This document shows, piece after piece, positions 1-9,457 of a stretch of DNA of 64,000 nt. The translations under genes and the position numbers were made by a program. The notes below the pieces were generated by a model, which ran no database searches, was not told where the DNA came from, and saw only the letters and a program-made list of their open reading frames with translations. The number at the start of each line of letters is the position of its first letter. Position 1 is the first letter of the stretch. This DNA comes from an uncultured Mycoplasmatota bacterium (lineage in GTDB: Bacteria; Bacillota_I; Bacilli_A; RF39; UBA660), in NCBI GenBank assembly GCA_946490195.1, contig CAMLWN010000001.1:238-64237 (forward strand), in the 5' to 3' direction.

Positions 1-21
1 GAAAAAAAATTAATAATTTTA

Positions 22-186
22 ATGAATAAAAATACAAAAAAAAGAATTATAAAAAAATTAAATAAATTACAAAAAAGAAAAAGTAACAAATATCCTTTAG
101 TTAAAGCAAGCTATAAAGGATATATTATAAATTGTCATTGCAATGGCTTTTTATATAGACATAAATGGTTTAAAAAAGAAACGTAA
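22..186 (+). CDS. small basic protein (54 aa, MNKNTKKRIIKKLNKLQKRKSNKYPLVKASYKGYIINCHCNGFLYRHKWFKKET), hypothetical
   Basis: Open frame from ATG 22 to TAA 184-186, followed by a hairpin terminator. It is too short for the ORF track. Lys-rich with a CxC motif. Confidence 0.25.
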   Translation: MNKNTKKRIIKKLNKLQKRKSNKYPLVKASYKGYIINCHCNGFLYRHKWFKKET

Positions 187-212
187 AAACAGGTGTAAAA
201 AACCTGTTTTTA
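187..212 (+). terminator. rho-independent terminator
   Basis: aaacaggt-gtaaaaa-acctgttt stem-loop followed by a T-run. Confidence 0.5.
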
Positions 213-304
213 AATTGTTTTAAATAGAATTTAAAGTTGTGAATTACTAAGATTTATGTTAAATTATTCATAGAAAATAGTAAAAGTTCTAATACTAAGA
301 ATGG

Positions 305-2041
305 GTGAGAAAAATGAGCAAAACAAAAAAAATAACTTTAGGAGTTATTGGAGTATTATTAATTTTTTCATTAGTAATAGGAATAAGTTATGCTGCTTGG
401 AGATTAACTTTAACTCAAACAAATCAAAACACACTTGCTTCAAGCTGTTTTGATATTACTTTTGAAGAAGAAAATCCGATTCTCCTTGAAAATACTTTTC
501 CAATGTATGATGAAGATGGAAAAACATTAACTCCATATACATTCACAATAACAAATAATTGTAGTGCCTATGCAACATATCAAATTCAATTAGAAATCAT
601 AAATACTTCAACATTAAAGGATGAATATTTAAAGATTATGATTGATGAAAAAAATCCAGTAATTTTAAACACATTACAATCAGGAGAAAAAACACTAAGT
701 GAAGCAAGTAGAGCATACATCATTGACAATAATGCCTTAGATGTTAACGAAGAAAAAACATATAATATAAGAGTATGGTTAGATGAAAATGTTACAACTG
801 AAACAGAAGGAGTACAAAATAGTAGTTGGAGTGCAAAAATTACAATTAATGCACAATATGCCGACCACTTGCCAACAGATTACGAAAAATGTGTAGCCAA
901 CTATGGAGAAGAAAATCCACAATGCCAAATTCTTGCCCAACTAGATACAACAGGAAAGTGTGCTGAAGTAGAAAGTGATGGAACAGTAAATTTAAATAGA
1001 AACTATGAAAATGAAGAAATAAATGAAGGAAATATGCAAACAATAATGAATGAGCTAATAGAAACAGAAGAAGGATATGTTTGCAGTGCTCCAGATGATT
1101 ATGGAACGAGTTATTACTTCAGAGGAAATGTAGAAAATAACTGGGTAAAATTTGCAGATTCCTATTGGAGAATTATCAGAGTAAACGGTGACGGTTCAAT
1201 TAGGCTACTATACAATGGAGAAGCAAGCGTAATAGATGCCCTAGATCCAGAAGTAAAAACACAAGTATTATCTAATGGATATAATGATTCTAGTACGAAA
1301 TATACAATCATTGGAGAAAGCGCATATAATGAATCATACGATGACAATACTTATGTTGGATACATGTACGGAAACGCTGGTTCAAGTAGCTATGAAGAAA
1401 CACACCAAAATATTCATGATAGCACTATTAAACAGTATATTGACACATGGTATGAAGAAAAGATAAGAAATACCGAATATGAAAATTTTATTAACGATAC
1501 TTTATTCTGTAATGATCGAAACTTAATAAGTGAAGAGCCATTTACTTTGAATGATGTAAACTATACCCAATTAGGATATGGAACAGAAATTACTGAATAT
1601 CGAGGAGATGGAGATCCTGGATTTTTCTTGATGGCAGCCATGAAACCAAGTTATGCTGATGTAGTAAATATCGTGACCAAAAATCCAACATTAAAATGTG
1701 CTAGACAAGATGATAGATTCACAGTAAAGGATACCAACCTAGGAAATGGAGATTTAACTTATCCAGTAGCCTTGCTAACAATTGATGAAATCTATTTAGC
1801 AGGAGGATCAACAATATCTCCAAATGAAAATTATTATTTATATAATGGCGAGGCGTATTGGTCTTTGTCTCCTAGCGTCTTCCTCAGTGGTCATGCTAAC
1901 GTGCGGGTCATCAATGGTGATGGTAGTGCGCTCTCCGTCGATGTGGATAACAGTCGTGGTGTTCGGCACGTTCTCAATCTGAAGTCTGGTAGTCTAAAAA
2001 ATGGCTCAGGAACGGCCAATGATCCATATCAAGTATCATAA
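305..2041 (+). CDS. membrane-anchored surface protein, distant member of the DGR-target family (C-terminal CLec-like VR-type domain)
   Basis: N-terminal signal-anchor (LGVIGVLLIFSLVIGISYAAW), likely start ATG 314. It shares the internal YWRIIRV/LWRIIGV module and the C-terminal architecture (SVF...N-V-V...LNLKSG) with the paralogs at 26585 and 49338. The 3' ~140 bp (1861..2000) are markedly GC-rich relative to the rest of the gene. Confidence 0.6.
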   Translation: MRKMSKTKKITLGVIGVLLIFSLVIGISYAAWRLTLTQTNQNTLASSCFDITFEEENPILLENTFPMYDEDGKTLTPYTFTITNNCSAYATYQIQLEIINTSTLKDEYLKIMIDEKNPVILNTLQSGEKTLSEASRAYIIDNNALDVNEEKTYNIRVWLDENVTTETEGVQNSSWSAKITINAQYADHLPTDYEKCVANYGEENPQCQILAQLDTTGKCAEVESDGTVNLNRNYENEEINEGNMQTIMNELIETEEGYVCSAPDDYGTSYYFRGNVENNWVKFADSYWRIIRVNGDGSIRLLYNGEASVIDALDPEVKTQVLSNGYNDSSTKYTIIGESAYNESYDDNTYVGYMYGNAGSSSYEETHQNIHDSTIKQYIDTWYEEKIRNTEYENFINDTLFCNDRNLISEEPFTLNDVNYTQLGYGTEITEYRGDGDPGFFLMAAMKPSYADVVNIVTKNPTLKCARQDDRFTVKDTNLGNGDLTYPVALLTIDEIYLAGGSTISPNENYYLYNGEAYWSLSPSVFLSGHANVRVINGDGSALSVDVDNSRGVRHVLNLKSGSLKNGSGTANDPYQVS

Positions 2042-2047
2042 TTTAAA

Positions 2048-2086
2048 ATGATAAATATTTTAACAAAGATATTTATCATTTTTTTG
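2048..2086 (+). terminator. bidirectional rho-independent terminator between convergent genes
   Basis: Perfect 11-bp stem atgataaatat/atatttatcat followed by TTTTTTG. Confidence 0.6.
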
Positions 2087-2097
2087 TTTTAAAAATT

Positions 2098-3210
2098 TTA
2101 TTTTATCTTCTTCTTAGTACTTTGAAAAATAATCCCTAGAAAGATAAATAGAACAATAGTTGAAGAGCCTCCATAACTAATGAATGGAAGAGGAATTCCT
2201 ATAATAGGAAAGATTCCAATATTCATACTAATGTTAATAAGTTGACTAAGAATAAAAATAACTAAAAATGCATAAAGAAATAATCGATATTCTTTTTTCT
2301 TAATTTTTTTAGCATAATGAATAAAATAAAAATCTAAAAGTAAAAAAGCAAGTAAAATAAGAATATTACCAGTAATACCTAAAACGTTACTTGTCAAAGC
2401 AAATGCAAAATCAGTTGGAGCTTCAGGTATGTAAATTCCTGTTTCAGTAGGTGAAAATCGCCATAAAGGAGCACTTCCAATCGCGATTAAAGCATTTTCA
2501 ATCTGCATCCCACTACCTAACGAAAATAATCGATCCACGCGGTAAAAGAAAGTTGTACCAATTAAAGAGATAAGTAAGTCTTTTTGCCAAAAATACAAAT
2601 AGAAAAAGCCACCTATGAGACTAATTACAAGAATTCCAAAAATAACAAACCATCTTTTATGAATTCGTGAATTCCAAAGTAAAATAAGAGTAATAAAAAA
2701 ATAAAAGATAATCGCTCCAGTATCAGGTTCTAAAAAAACTAAAACAGTTGGAATAGCAAAAAGAAGTAAAACATATAAAAGAAATTTTATTTCATCTCGC
2801 CAACGAAAAAATTTCTTTTTAGAACACAAATAAGCAAGATATAAAGAATAGGAAACTTTCATGAATTCACTAGGCTGAAAACTAAAATATTTCAAATCAA
2901 TCCATGCTTTCGCACCATTGATATTCTTACCAATAAATAAAACTAAAATAAGTAAAAGAACATTAAAAATATAAAAGAATAAACTATATTTGAAAAGATA
3001 TTGAATAGGAAAAAAATGAAAAAAGATAAGCACAAGAAAACCAATTCCAAACCATAAAAGTTGCTTTTCAAAATGATTTTGATAAAGATTACTAACAAAA
3101 CCAGCATGATACATTAAAAGCAAACTAATACTTATTAGAAGTAAAAAAGGAACAATAAAAAATAAATTTTTCCAATCAAATTTCTTTTCCATATTTTTAT
3201 TATGGTACAA
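2098..3210 (-). CDS. SEDS family peptidoglycan glycosyltransferase (FtsW/RodA/SpoVE)
   Basis: Ten-TM profile. The C-terminal motif PLPFISYGGSS and overall SEDS-like sequence (GIPLPFISYGGSSTIVLF). Confidence 0.8.
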   Translation of the reverse strand: MYHNKNMEKKFDWKNLFFIVPFLLLISISLLLMYHAGFVSNLYQNHFEKQLLWFGIGFLVLIFFHFFPIQYLFKYSLFFYIFNVLLLILVLFIGKNINGAKAWIDLKYFSFQPSEFMKVSYSLYLAYLCSKKKFFRWRDEIKFLLYVLLLFAIPTVLVFLEPDTGAIIFYFFITLILLWNSRIHKRWFVIFGILVISLIGGFFYLYFWQKDLLISLIGTTFFYRVDRLFSLGSGMQIENALIAIGSAPLWRFSPTETGIYIPEAPTDFAFALTSNVLGITGNILILLAFLLLDFYFIHYAKKIKKKEYRLFLYAFLVIFILSQLINISMNIGIFPIIGIPLPFISYGGSSTIVLFIFLGIIFQSTKKKIK

Positions 3211-3255
3211 GATAAAAAGATTTAATCATAAAATAGAGTAGAGAGGGGAAATTTT

Positions 3256-3546
3256 ATGAAAGAATTACCAAAAGTATTTGTAAGTCCAATTGAAAAAAAG
3301 ATTCAAAACAACAAAGATTTATTTTATAGTAAATTATTAGGAGATAGAAGTAGTACACGAAACATTTTAAATGATATTGATGCAATTTTTCATAGCAAAG
3401 ACTTTGTTTACAAAAGTCAGGTAGAAATTATAACGAAAGATGGAGTACAAGAAGAAACGTTAGTAGGAAAAACAGGAACATCGCTTTTAACTATGGACGG
3501 TAAAGTGATTCCAATTTCAGAAATTAAAGAAATTAAAAAAATCTAA
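3256..3546 (+). CDS. hypothetical protein
   Basis: ORF with RBS gagaggggaaatttt-ATG. No recognisable motif. Confidence 0.4.
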   Translation: MKELPKVFVSPIEKKIQNNKDLFYSKLLGDRSSTRNILNDIDAIFHSKDFVYKSQVEIITKDGVQEETLVGKTGTSLLTMDGKVIPISEIKEIKKI

Positions 3547-3568
3547 GAACCATGTGTTCTTTTTTTTG
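3546..3568 (+). terminator. weak terminator (agaac..gttct + T8)
   Basis: Short stem plus an 8-T run directly after the stop. Confidence 0.35.
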
Positions 3569-3577
3569 GAAAATTAT

Positions 3578-3607
3578 TATAAAAAAAACATGATAAAATT
3601 CATGTTT
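3578..3607 (-). terminator. rho-independent terminator for the minus-strand gene
   Basis: 8-bp stem aaacatga/tcatgttt with an A8/T8 run on the minus strand. Confidence 0.5.
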
Positions 3608-3924
3608 TATAACAATTGATCAATATATTTTTTTAATTGTTTAGCATCTTTGCCAAAAATAATTTTTAATTGATTATCAATTTCTACGATACCTTTCGCA
3701 CCTAATTTCGTAATACCGTCCTTATCCACTTTAGAAACATCTTTTAAAATAACTTTAAATCTAGACATATTACATTCAGCATTGACGATATTATCTTTAC
3801 CTCCTAAATATCCCAAAAGCTTATTTGCTTCTAAATGAAAGTCTTTTTGCATAAGTTTTACAACGACCAAAGAGATAAAAAGTAAAACAACTGCAATAAT
3901 TAAATATATTAACCATTGATCCAT
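3607..3924 (-). CDS. membrane-anchored PTS EIIB-like domain protein
   Basis: N-terminal TM, then LGGKDNIVNAECNMSRFKVILKD, which resembles the glucose-type PTS EIIB motif LGGKENI...C(I)TRLR. Likely start is MDQW, which has its own RBS. Confidence 0.45.
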   Translation of the reverse strand: MDQWLIYLIIAVVLLFISLVVVKLMQKDFHLEANKLLGYLGGKDNIVNAECNMSRFKVILKDVSKVDKDGITKLGAKGIVEIDNQLKIIFGKDAKQLKKYIDQLL

Positions 3925-4028
3925 AAATATCAACCTCATAAAAATTATACTATAAATTTTATAAAAATGCACGTATTTTAAAAATTTACATAAATTAATA
4001 GTGAGAATACAGGAAAGGGGAATATATT

Positions 4029-4445
4029 ATGTGTAATAATGACGGAACATCTAATTGCATTTCAGAAATACTTAATGTAATTTTGGTTTTACAACAAAAC
4101 GCTTGTCCAAATTCATGCTTAGATTCATGTGATCGCCCAGTATTAGGCGGAGGACCAAATTGTTTGATTTGTAATACTAGACCAATTCAAATCTTTACAT
4201 GTGGATCAAACGGAGTTGCCTTAAGTATGCCAACATCTAAAGACCCAGTAGTCGGTGGTACAACATCTACAGTATTTCGTGTAGAAAAAGTAGATAACAA
4301 TTGTTGTACTTGCCGTGTTTTAGAAGAAAACCCAGATTCAACAAGTTTAAATCCATATGTAGCAACAAACTCATTCTTCACAATTAATTTATCATGTGTT
4401 TGTGCAATACGTTGCTTAACAGATACGTTTGTAGAATGCGTTTAA
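4029..4445 (+). CDS. Cys-rich spore coat/exosporium protein, CotY/CotZ/ExsY family
   Basis: MC..C..EIL..I..LQ..C...C...CDRPVLG...C..TRP...FT..., then FRVEKVDNNCCTCRVL and a C-terminal LSCVCAIRCLTD. This matches the ExsY/CotY pattern RPF..FRVE..DD.CA.LRVL...SC.CAIQCL. Confidence 0.75.
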   Translation: MCNNDGTSNCISEILNVILVLQQNACPNSCLDSCDRPVLGGGPNCLICNTRPIQIFTCGSNGVALSMPTSKDPVVGGTTSTVFRVEKVDNNCCTCRVLEENPDSTSLNPYVATNSFFTINLSCVCAIRCLTDTFVECV

Positions 4446-4513
4446 AAAAGGAGCAAAAGCTTCTTTTTTTTTGAAAATCTCTATGATATAATAAAACAAG
4501 AATAGGTGAGAAT

Positions 4514-6253
4514 ATGATAAGTGTGCTTTTAAACAAAACGGAAGAATTAATAAAAAATTGTGAAAAAATTCCTCAAGAGGAAAAGCAAACAAAAATTATG
4601 GAACAAGAAAAAGATTTACTAGCTAATCCTAAAGAAAAAAAGCCAGATTTTTCCATAAATGACTTTAGAAAAGCTTTGAAAAAAATAGAAGAAGAGCTAG
4701 CTAAAGGCATAAAAGATATTAGAAATACAATAGCTGAAGAGGAAAAAAGAAAAAAAACGGAAGAGCTTTTAAGCTATCTTAGTCAATATTTAGACTGGAT
4801 AGAGGGATGCCAAAAGATAAGCGAACAAATAGAGCTAACAAATTGTTCTAAAATAAAAGAATGCTTCCAACTTGTTCAATTTTTAACAATTTTTAATCAA
4901 AGAAAAAATAATATACACTATACAAATAATGTAGAAGGACAGATTGCAACACTAAAGAGAATTTTGAGAGAAATGAATAAATTTTATCAAGCACTATTTA
5001 GCACTTCAGAAGATCTGATTTCCGAAGATATTTTGCCTAGAGAAAAGAATGTTTATGAAACACTAGAAGAATATGAAAAAGAAATTCAAGAATTTATGGA
5101 AAAAACAACAAAGGAAAAAATAGAGAGTTTTATAAATCAAATAAATAATGCCGAAAAGAATAGAGAAGAAAGCATAAATGAAGTAGTGTCAGAAACGCAA
5201 AGAAATGAACAAAGTTATCTAAAACAAGAAGACAGTGTGTTTTTTGAAGCTGGAAATATAGAATCAACAATTGAAGACAAGTTAAGCTTTATGCCTGAAA
5301 AAGAAATGACTGAAGAGACTATAAATCAAGTCACGTCAAATAAAAATATTCCTGATTTTTTAAAACCTTATGTTCTAAAATCTAAAGAAGAACAAATTCG
5401 AAGAGATAACGAATTTATTCAAAAAAGAATTCAAGCGATTACAAATTATCAAGAAAAATTATATAAGCAAATGAATTTTTATGAGCAACGACGTAAAAGC
5501 AAAAATACTTCTATGGGAGCATCAGAAATTTATCAACTAACCCTTCCTTATCAAGAAGCATGCGCTCAAGAAATTAAAAGACTACATGCTTTAACTGTAG
5601 AAATGATATATAATCCTGAAATCGATTTAAACATTCCTGATGAAAATATACCGGTATATGAAGTTTTAGAAAAGATAATACAAAAAAAGGCTTTAAATAC
5701 CACGAACAATCCTTCAAAAGCTTCTTCACTTTTACATTCCGAAAAAAAGTTGGAATATGTTCCTATAACTAAAAAGTCTTATGAAAAAAAAGGAAAAGCA
5801 AGTCCAAATTTAAAAAGAATTATTAAGCAGAGAATTCGTGAATTAGCATTTGCTTCAGTACTTGCTTTGTTAGCCGGACCATCTTTACCAGCAAAAGCTC
5901 AAACTTTAGAAAAAGGATTATTCATAGAAAAAAATGTAGAACCAGAAATAAATTTTGATGATTACATAAACTTAGGAGATTTCGTTAATTTAAAAAATTT
6001 TAACGTCTTTGCATATAATTCTCCTATCCTTGCCGAAGATACTCGTAAAAAGCCTTTATATAATTCAGAACTCCCAAGAATTGTTGAAAAAGTTTTTATG
6101 GAATCTCCAAACCAAGAAATAATAGAAATTCATGAAGAAAGAGAAAGAAATTATTATTTAGAACAGGGATATAAAATAATTAGTGTAAAGTTGATAGATG
6201 GTTACTATTCAATAAATGACATTAACCTTTTAGAAAAGGAGCGAAAAAGATAA
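4514..6253 (+). CDS. coiled-coil K/E-rich hypothetical protein
   Basis: Long ORF with heavy heptad-like K/E content and no catalytic motif. Confidence 0.4.
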   Translation: MISVLLNKTEELIKNCEKIPQEEKQTKIMEQEKDLLANPKEKKPDFSINDFRKALKKIEEELAKGIKDIRNTIAEEEKRKKTEELLSYLSQYLDWIEGCQKISEQIELTNCSKIKECFQLVQFLTIFNQRKNNIHYTNNVEGQIATLKRILREMNKFYQALFSTSEDLISEDILPREKNVYETLEEYEKEIQEFMEKTTKEKIESFINQINNAEKNREESINEVVSETQRNEQSYLKQEDSVFFEAGNIESTIEDKLSFMPEKEMTEETINQVTSNKNIPDFLKPYVLKSKEEQIRRDNEFIQKRIQAITNYQEKLYKQMNFYEQRRKSKNTSMGASEIYQLTLPYQEACAQEIKRLHALTVEMIYNPEIDLNIPDENIPVYEVLEKIIQKKALNTTNNPSKASSLLHSEKKLEYVPITKKSYEKKGKASPNLKRIIKQRIRELAFASVLALLAGPSLPAKAQTLEKGLFIEKNVEPEINFDDYINLGDFVNLKNFNVFAYNSPILAEDTRKKPLYNSELPRIVEKVFMESPNQEIIEIHEERERNYYLEQGYKIISVKLIDGYYSINDINLLEKERKR

Positions 6254-6492
6254 TGAACGAAGAAGAATTTGAAATAATAGGGATGGATGATAAAGAATAC
6301 GTTATTTTAAAAAAAATTAATTTGAATGATAAAAACTATTTTTTATTAAATGAGATAGAAAATGATACACTAACAGAAAATACACTTGTATTAGAGGAAA
6401 AGGATGGATTTTTGAATAGTGTTGAAGATGAAAAAGAAAAAGTAGAACTAACAAAATATATTTTAAGCGAAATAAAAAGTGTAGAAGAATAA
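6253..6492 (+). CDS. small acidic hypothetical protein
   Basis: ORF translationally coupled to the previous gene (ATGA overlap). Confidence 0.35.
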   Translation: MNEEEFEIIGMDDKEYVILKKINLNDKNYFLLNEIENDTLTENTLVLEEKDGFLNSVEDEKEKVELTKYILSEIKSVEE

Positions 6493-6511
6493 AACTTCTA
6501 CGCTTTTTATA

Positions 6512-7408
6512 TTATTCACAATTATATAAACGATAGAGTGTGATAGAAGGAATATTAAAAAAACGAAAACTAAGATTTTCTGTACCAATACCATTAGAAA
6601 CGTACATTGTAGAATTTCCATTTTCAAATTTTCCAACCTCATAATCACCAACGTTATCTTTTTTTACTAATCCTCCAACAAAAGGAATACGTACCAATTC
6701 TCCTAGAGAATGTCCAGCCAAAACTAAATTTGTTTTTGATTGTACTTGTTTCCAAATAATAGGTTCATGAGTAAGTAAAATTTGAAAAAAATTTCCATCA
6801 ACTTCTTTAGTAAAAGCTTTAGTAAAGTCTTGTCCTCCCTGGGTTACAGAAGGAATTCCACTAAGATAAATAGGTGTAGTATCCTTATAATAAATAGGAA
6901 CATTTAAATTATCTAAAATGGTAAAACCAGCTGCCTGCATAATTTCTTCAAATTTATCAATATGTAAATAATCGCTGTCTCCACGAATCGCATATTTACC
7001 GATAGTCGCGGTAGTTTTACTCAATTCTTCTTTTAAAAAGTTAACATTATCTTCGGAGAGATTAATATAAGAATCAAATAAGTCACCAGTAAAAACAAGT
7101 AAATCAGGTTTAGCAATATTAATTTCTTGAACAACTTTTGTTACTTCAACTTCGTTAGTGGTTCTTCCAAAATGAATATCTGAAAATTGAACAATTTTAA
7201 ATCCATTAAATGAATCAGGTAGAGAAGGATCTACAATAGCAACTTCATGAGTAATGCAAAGTTTAGGTTCAATAAAATACATATAAGAAATCAAAAGAAG
7301 AATAAAAATAAGTAAAATGAAAAAAAACTTAGCAAAAAATCCAAATTTTTTTTTCTCTTCGTTAATAACAACTTCTTCTTCCATACTATACTCCAAAAAT
7401 AACGACAA
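6512..7408 (-). CDS. membrane-anchored metallophosphoesterase (calcineurin-like, YkuE-type)
   Basis: QFSDIHFG, FTGDLFD, GDSDY and LAGHSLGE metal-binding motifs after an N-terminal TM. Confidence 0.75.
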   Translation of the reverse strand: MSLFLEYSMEEEVVINEEKKKFGFFAKFFFILLIFILLLISYMYFIEPKLCITHEVAIVDPSLPDSFNGFKIVQFSDIHFGRTTNEVEVTKVVQEINIAKPDLLVFTGDLFDSYINLSEDNVNFLKEELSKTTATIGKYAIRGDSDYLHIDKFEEIMQAAGFTILDNLNVPIYYKDTTPIYLSGIPSVTQGGQDFTKAFTKEVDGNFFQILLTHEPIIWKQVQSKTNLVLAGHSLGELVRIPFVGGLVKKDNVGDYEVGKFENGNSTMYVSNGIGTENLSFRFFNIPSITLYRLYNCE

Positions 7409-8078
7409 TTACAGATAATGTATTATGAATAATATGTGCAAAAGTACTGGTAAAAATATTGTTGGTTTGAAGATAGGCTTTTGCAAAAAAATATCCAAAA
7501 CCAGCATAGGGAATAATAAATAAAAGTTGTGTCCACTCAAAATGAGTCGGATCAAATGCTGCAAGCAAATGAGCTGCACCAAATAATAAAGAACTAAAAA
7601 TCAAGAAAAACTTGTCATTAGAAAATGCTTCTTTAAAACCTTTTCTAAATAATATTTCTTCCAAAAAAGGTCCTAAAATAGACATGGATAAAATAGCAAA
7701 GATAGGAGAGGCATCAATAATCAACCGATTGCCTTCTTCATTTGCAGCAATTCCACCGGTTAAAGCAATTAAAATTGTATTGGTTAAAAGCATAAAAACT
7801 AAGCCTTGTAACCAATAAGTTATACCAACTTTTCCATAAGAACGGAAGTTTTTCAAAAAATCCTTAAATTCTTTAAAAATAGTTTTTCGATAAACAATAA
7901 GTAAAAGAATAAAACTAATAACATAAACAGACAAATTTAGTGCTATATAGATAATGTCATTAGTAATATCTAAATGAAACGATTGAAAAAGCCTAAGTAA
8001 AACTAAAGGCAAAATGAACATGTAGATAAGAATAAGTACAACACCAATGCATAATTTTTTTAAATTAATGTTTTGCAT
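7386..8078 (-). CDS. CPBP family intramembrane metalloprotease (CAAX protease/Abi)
   Basis: EEILFRKGF and FGAAHL motifs in a polytopic membrane protein. Likely start is MQNINLKK, which has an AGGATG RBS. Confidence 0.75.
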   Translation of the reverse strand: MQNINLKKLCIGVVLILIYMFILPLVLLRLFQSFHLDITNDIIYIALNLSVYVISFILLLIVYRKTIFKEFKDFLKNFRSYGKVGITYWLQGLVFMLLTNTILIALTGGIAANEEGNRLIIDASPIFAILSMSILGPFLEEILFRKGFKEAFSNDKFFLIFSSLLFGAAHLLAAFDPTHFEWTQLLFIIPYAGFGYFFAKAYLQTNNIFTSTFAHIIHNTLSVIVVIFGV

Positions 8079-8182
8079 TATGATCACATCCTGTAAAAAA
8101 ATATACCATAAATAAAAGAGAATATCAATTGCAAAAAAAAGATAGAAAAGGTATAATAAAAAAGAAATAGAGGAGTCTTGAG

Positions 8183-9367
8183 ATGAAAGAAAGAAGCGTT
8201 TTATTTGTTTTTGCTTTATTAAGTACAGCACTTTTAATTTATCTTTCCATTCCTAATTTCTTGGAAAATAAAAAAATCAATGCTTTATTAGAAAAAATCG
8301 ATTTTTTGTCTGAAAACAATGAAGAAAAACCAGGTGGAAAAGTAGATTTCGAAGAAGAAAATAATAATGATAATAAAAATGGCGAGGAAGAAAAAGAAGA
8401 AACAGAGCCAAATAATCCCACAGAGGAACCACCAAAAAAAGAAGAAGAAAAAGAGCCTCCTAATAATGACAATCAACATGAAGAACAATTGCCTTCTAAA
8501 ACAACTTTTCATGCGTATTTTAATGCTAATGGTGCAGAAGGAAAGACACCATCAACTGTAAGCTGTGAAACAACAGGCAACTCATGTACAATAACACTGC
8601 CTAACATGGAAACAGATCGAGAATTTTTAGGGTGGAGTTTAAATAAAGATTCTACAGCACCTACGTTAACATCGGGTACAAGTGTAATACTAAGTGCCAA
8701 TAGAACTTACTATGCAATTACTAGAAAAAACTACACAGTTACATTAGTTGGAAATGGTTCGTTTGTTGGAAACGAAAAAAAAGTTTGCAGTGTCTATAAC
8801 ACGAATACAACATGTCAAATAACTTTACCGGATTTAAAAAAGGATTTCTATACAAGTTGGGGATACAACTTCGATCCAAGTAGTGACTCCATAGAATATG
8901 GAATAAATACAACTTTAAGCGTAAATAGTGACCAAACTCTTTATGCAATAAGAAAAATTGATACATCAATTTATGATAAATATTCAAATGTTGCTTTAGA
9001 TGTATTTAATAAAATAAATGCATTACGAACTTCAAGAGGATTGCCAGCCTTAAACTACAGTAAGTCTTTAGAATTGAGTGCTATGCTCCGAATTTCAGAA
9101 ATTGCTCAAAACTATAACTATACAGTAAATGGAGACCGGCACATAAGAATAAGCAATAATGAGCCATTTTATACAGTAAATGAACTTGCCTATGGCGAGA
9201 ATTATTTTAGAGGATATGGTTGTGATGCGGCATATTTTCATGACTCTTTTGTTGCCTCACCAAGCCATTTAGAAAACATGTTAAGAACAGATATAAATAT
9301 CGCAGGTATAAGCGTTGGAGTAAAGGAGGGACAATGTTATATAGTGGAGTTATTTGGAATTCAATAA
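8183..9367 (+). CDS. secreted/anchored protein with E/K/N/P low-complexity linker, two Listeria-Bacteroides-type repeats and a C-terminal CAP/SCP (YkwD-like) domain
   Basis: Signal-anchor. Repeats (YTVTLVGNGSF...GYNFDP...TLYAI). CAP-like C-terminus (ALDVFNKINALRTSRGLPAL...HLENML...). Confidence 0.6.
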   Translation: MKERSVLFVFALLSTALLIYLSIPNFLENKKINALLEKIDFLSENNEEKPGGKVDFEEENNNDNKNGEEEKEETEPNNPTEEPPKKEEEKEPPNNDNQHEEQLPSKTTFHAYFNANGAEGKTPSTVSCETTGNSCTITLPNMETDREFLGWSLNKDSTAPTLTSGTSVILSANRTYYAITRKNYTVTLVGNGSFVGNEKKVCSVYNTNTTCQITLPDLKKDFYTSWGYNFDPSSDSIEYGINTTLSVNSDQTLYAIRKIDTSIYDKYSNVALDVFNKINALRTSRGLPALNYSKSLELSAMLRISEIAQNYNYTVNGDRHIRISNNEPFYTVNELAYGENYFRGYGCDAAYFHDSFVASPSHLENMLRTDINIAGISVGVKEGQCYIVELFGIQ

Positions 9368-9457
9368 AAAACTTATAATTTACATAAAAGTATTTTATTG
9401 AAATAAATAAGAGGTTGTGATACAATTTTATTATTGAATGATTAGGTTGGTGAAAGA

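Noticed and set aside
846-1466. Antisense and alternate-frame ORFs inside the first surface-protein gene (846..1043 -, 1162..1347 -, 1275..1466 +).
   Set aside because: They lie fully inside a strong coding frame, have low complexity and no RBS. Similar cases are 8239..8987, 21270..21635, 25906..26445, 45035..45460, 62001..63079, 53938..54171, 54355..54537 and 18728..18913.
1861-2000. Tried to align the GC-rich 3' island of the first gene to the local TR (50742..50844) in several registers.
   Set aside because: Mismatches were not restricted to TR adenines and the lengths differ by about 8 codons, so it is not a target of this TR. It is reported instead as an orphan VR-like island.
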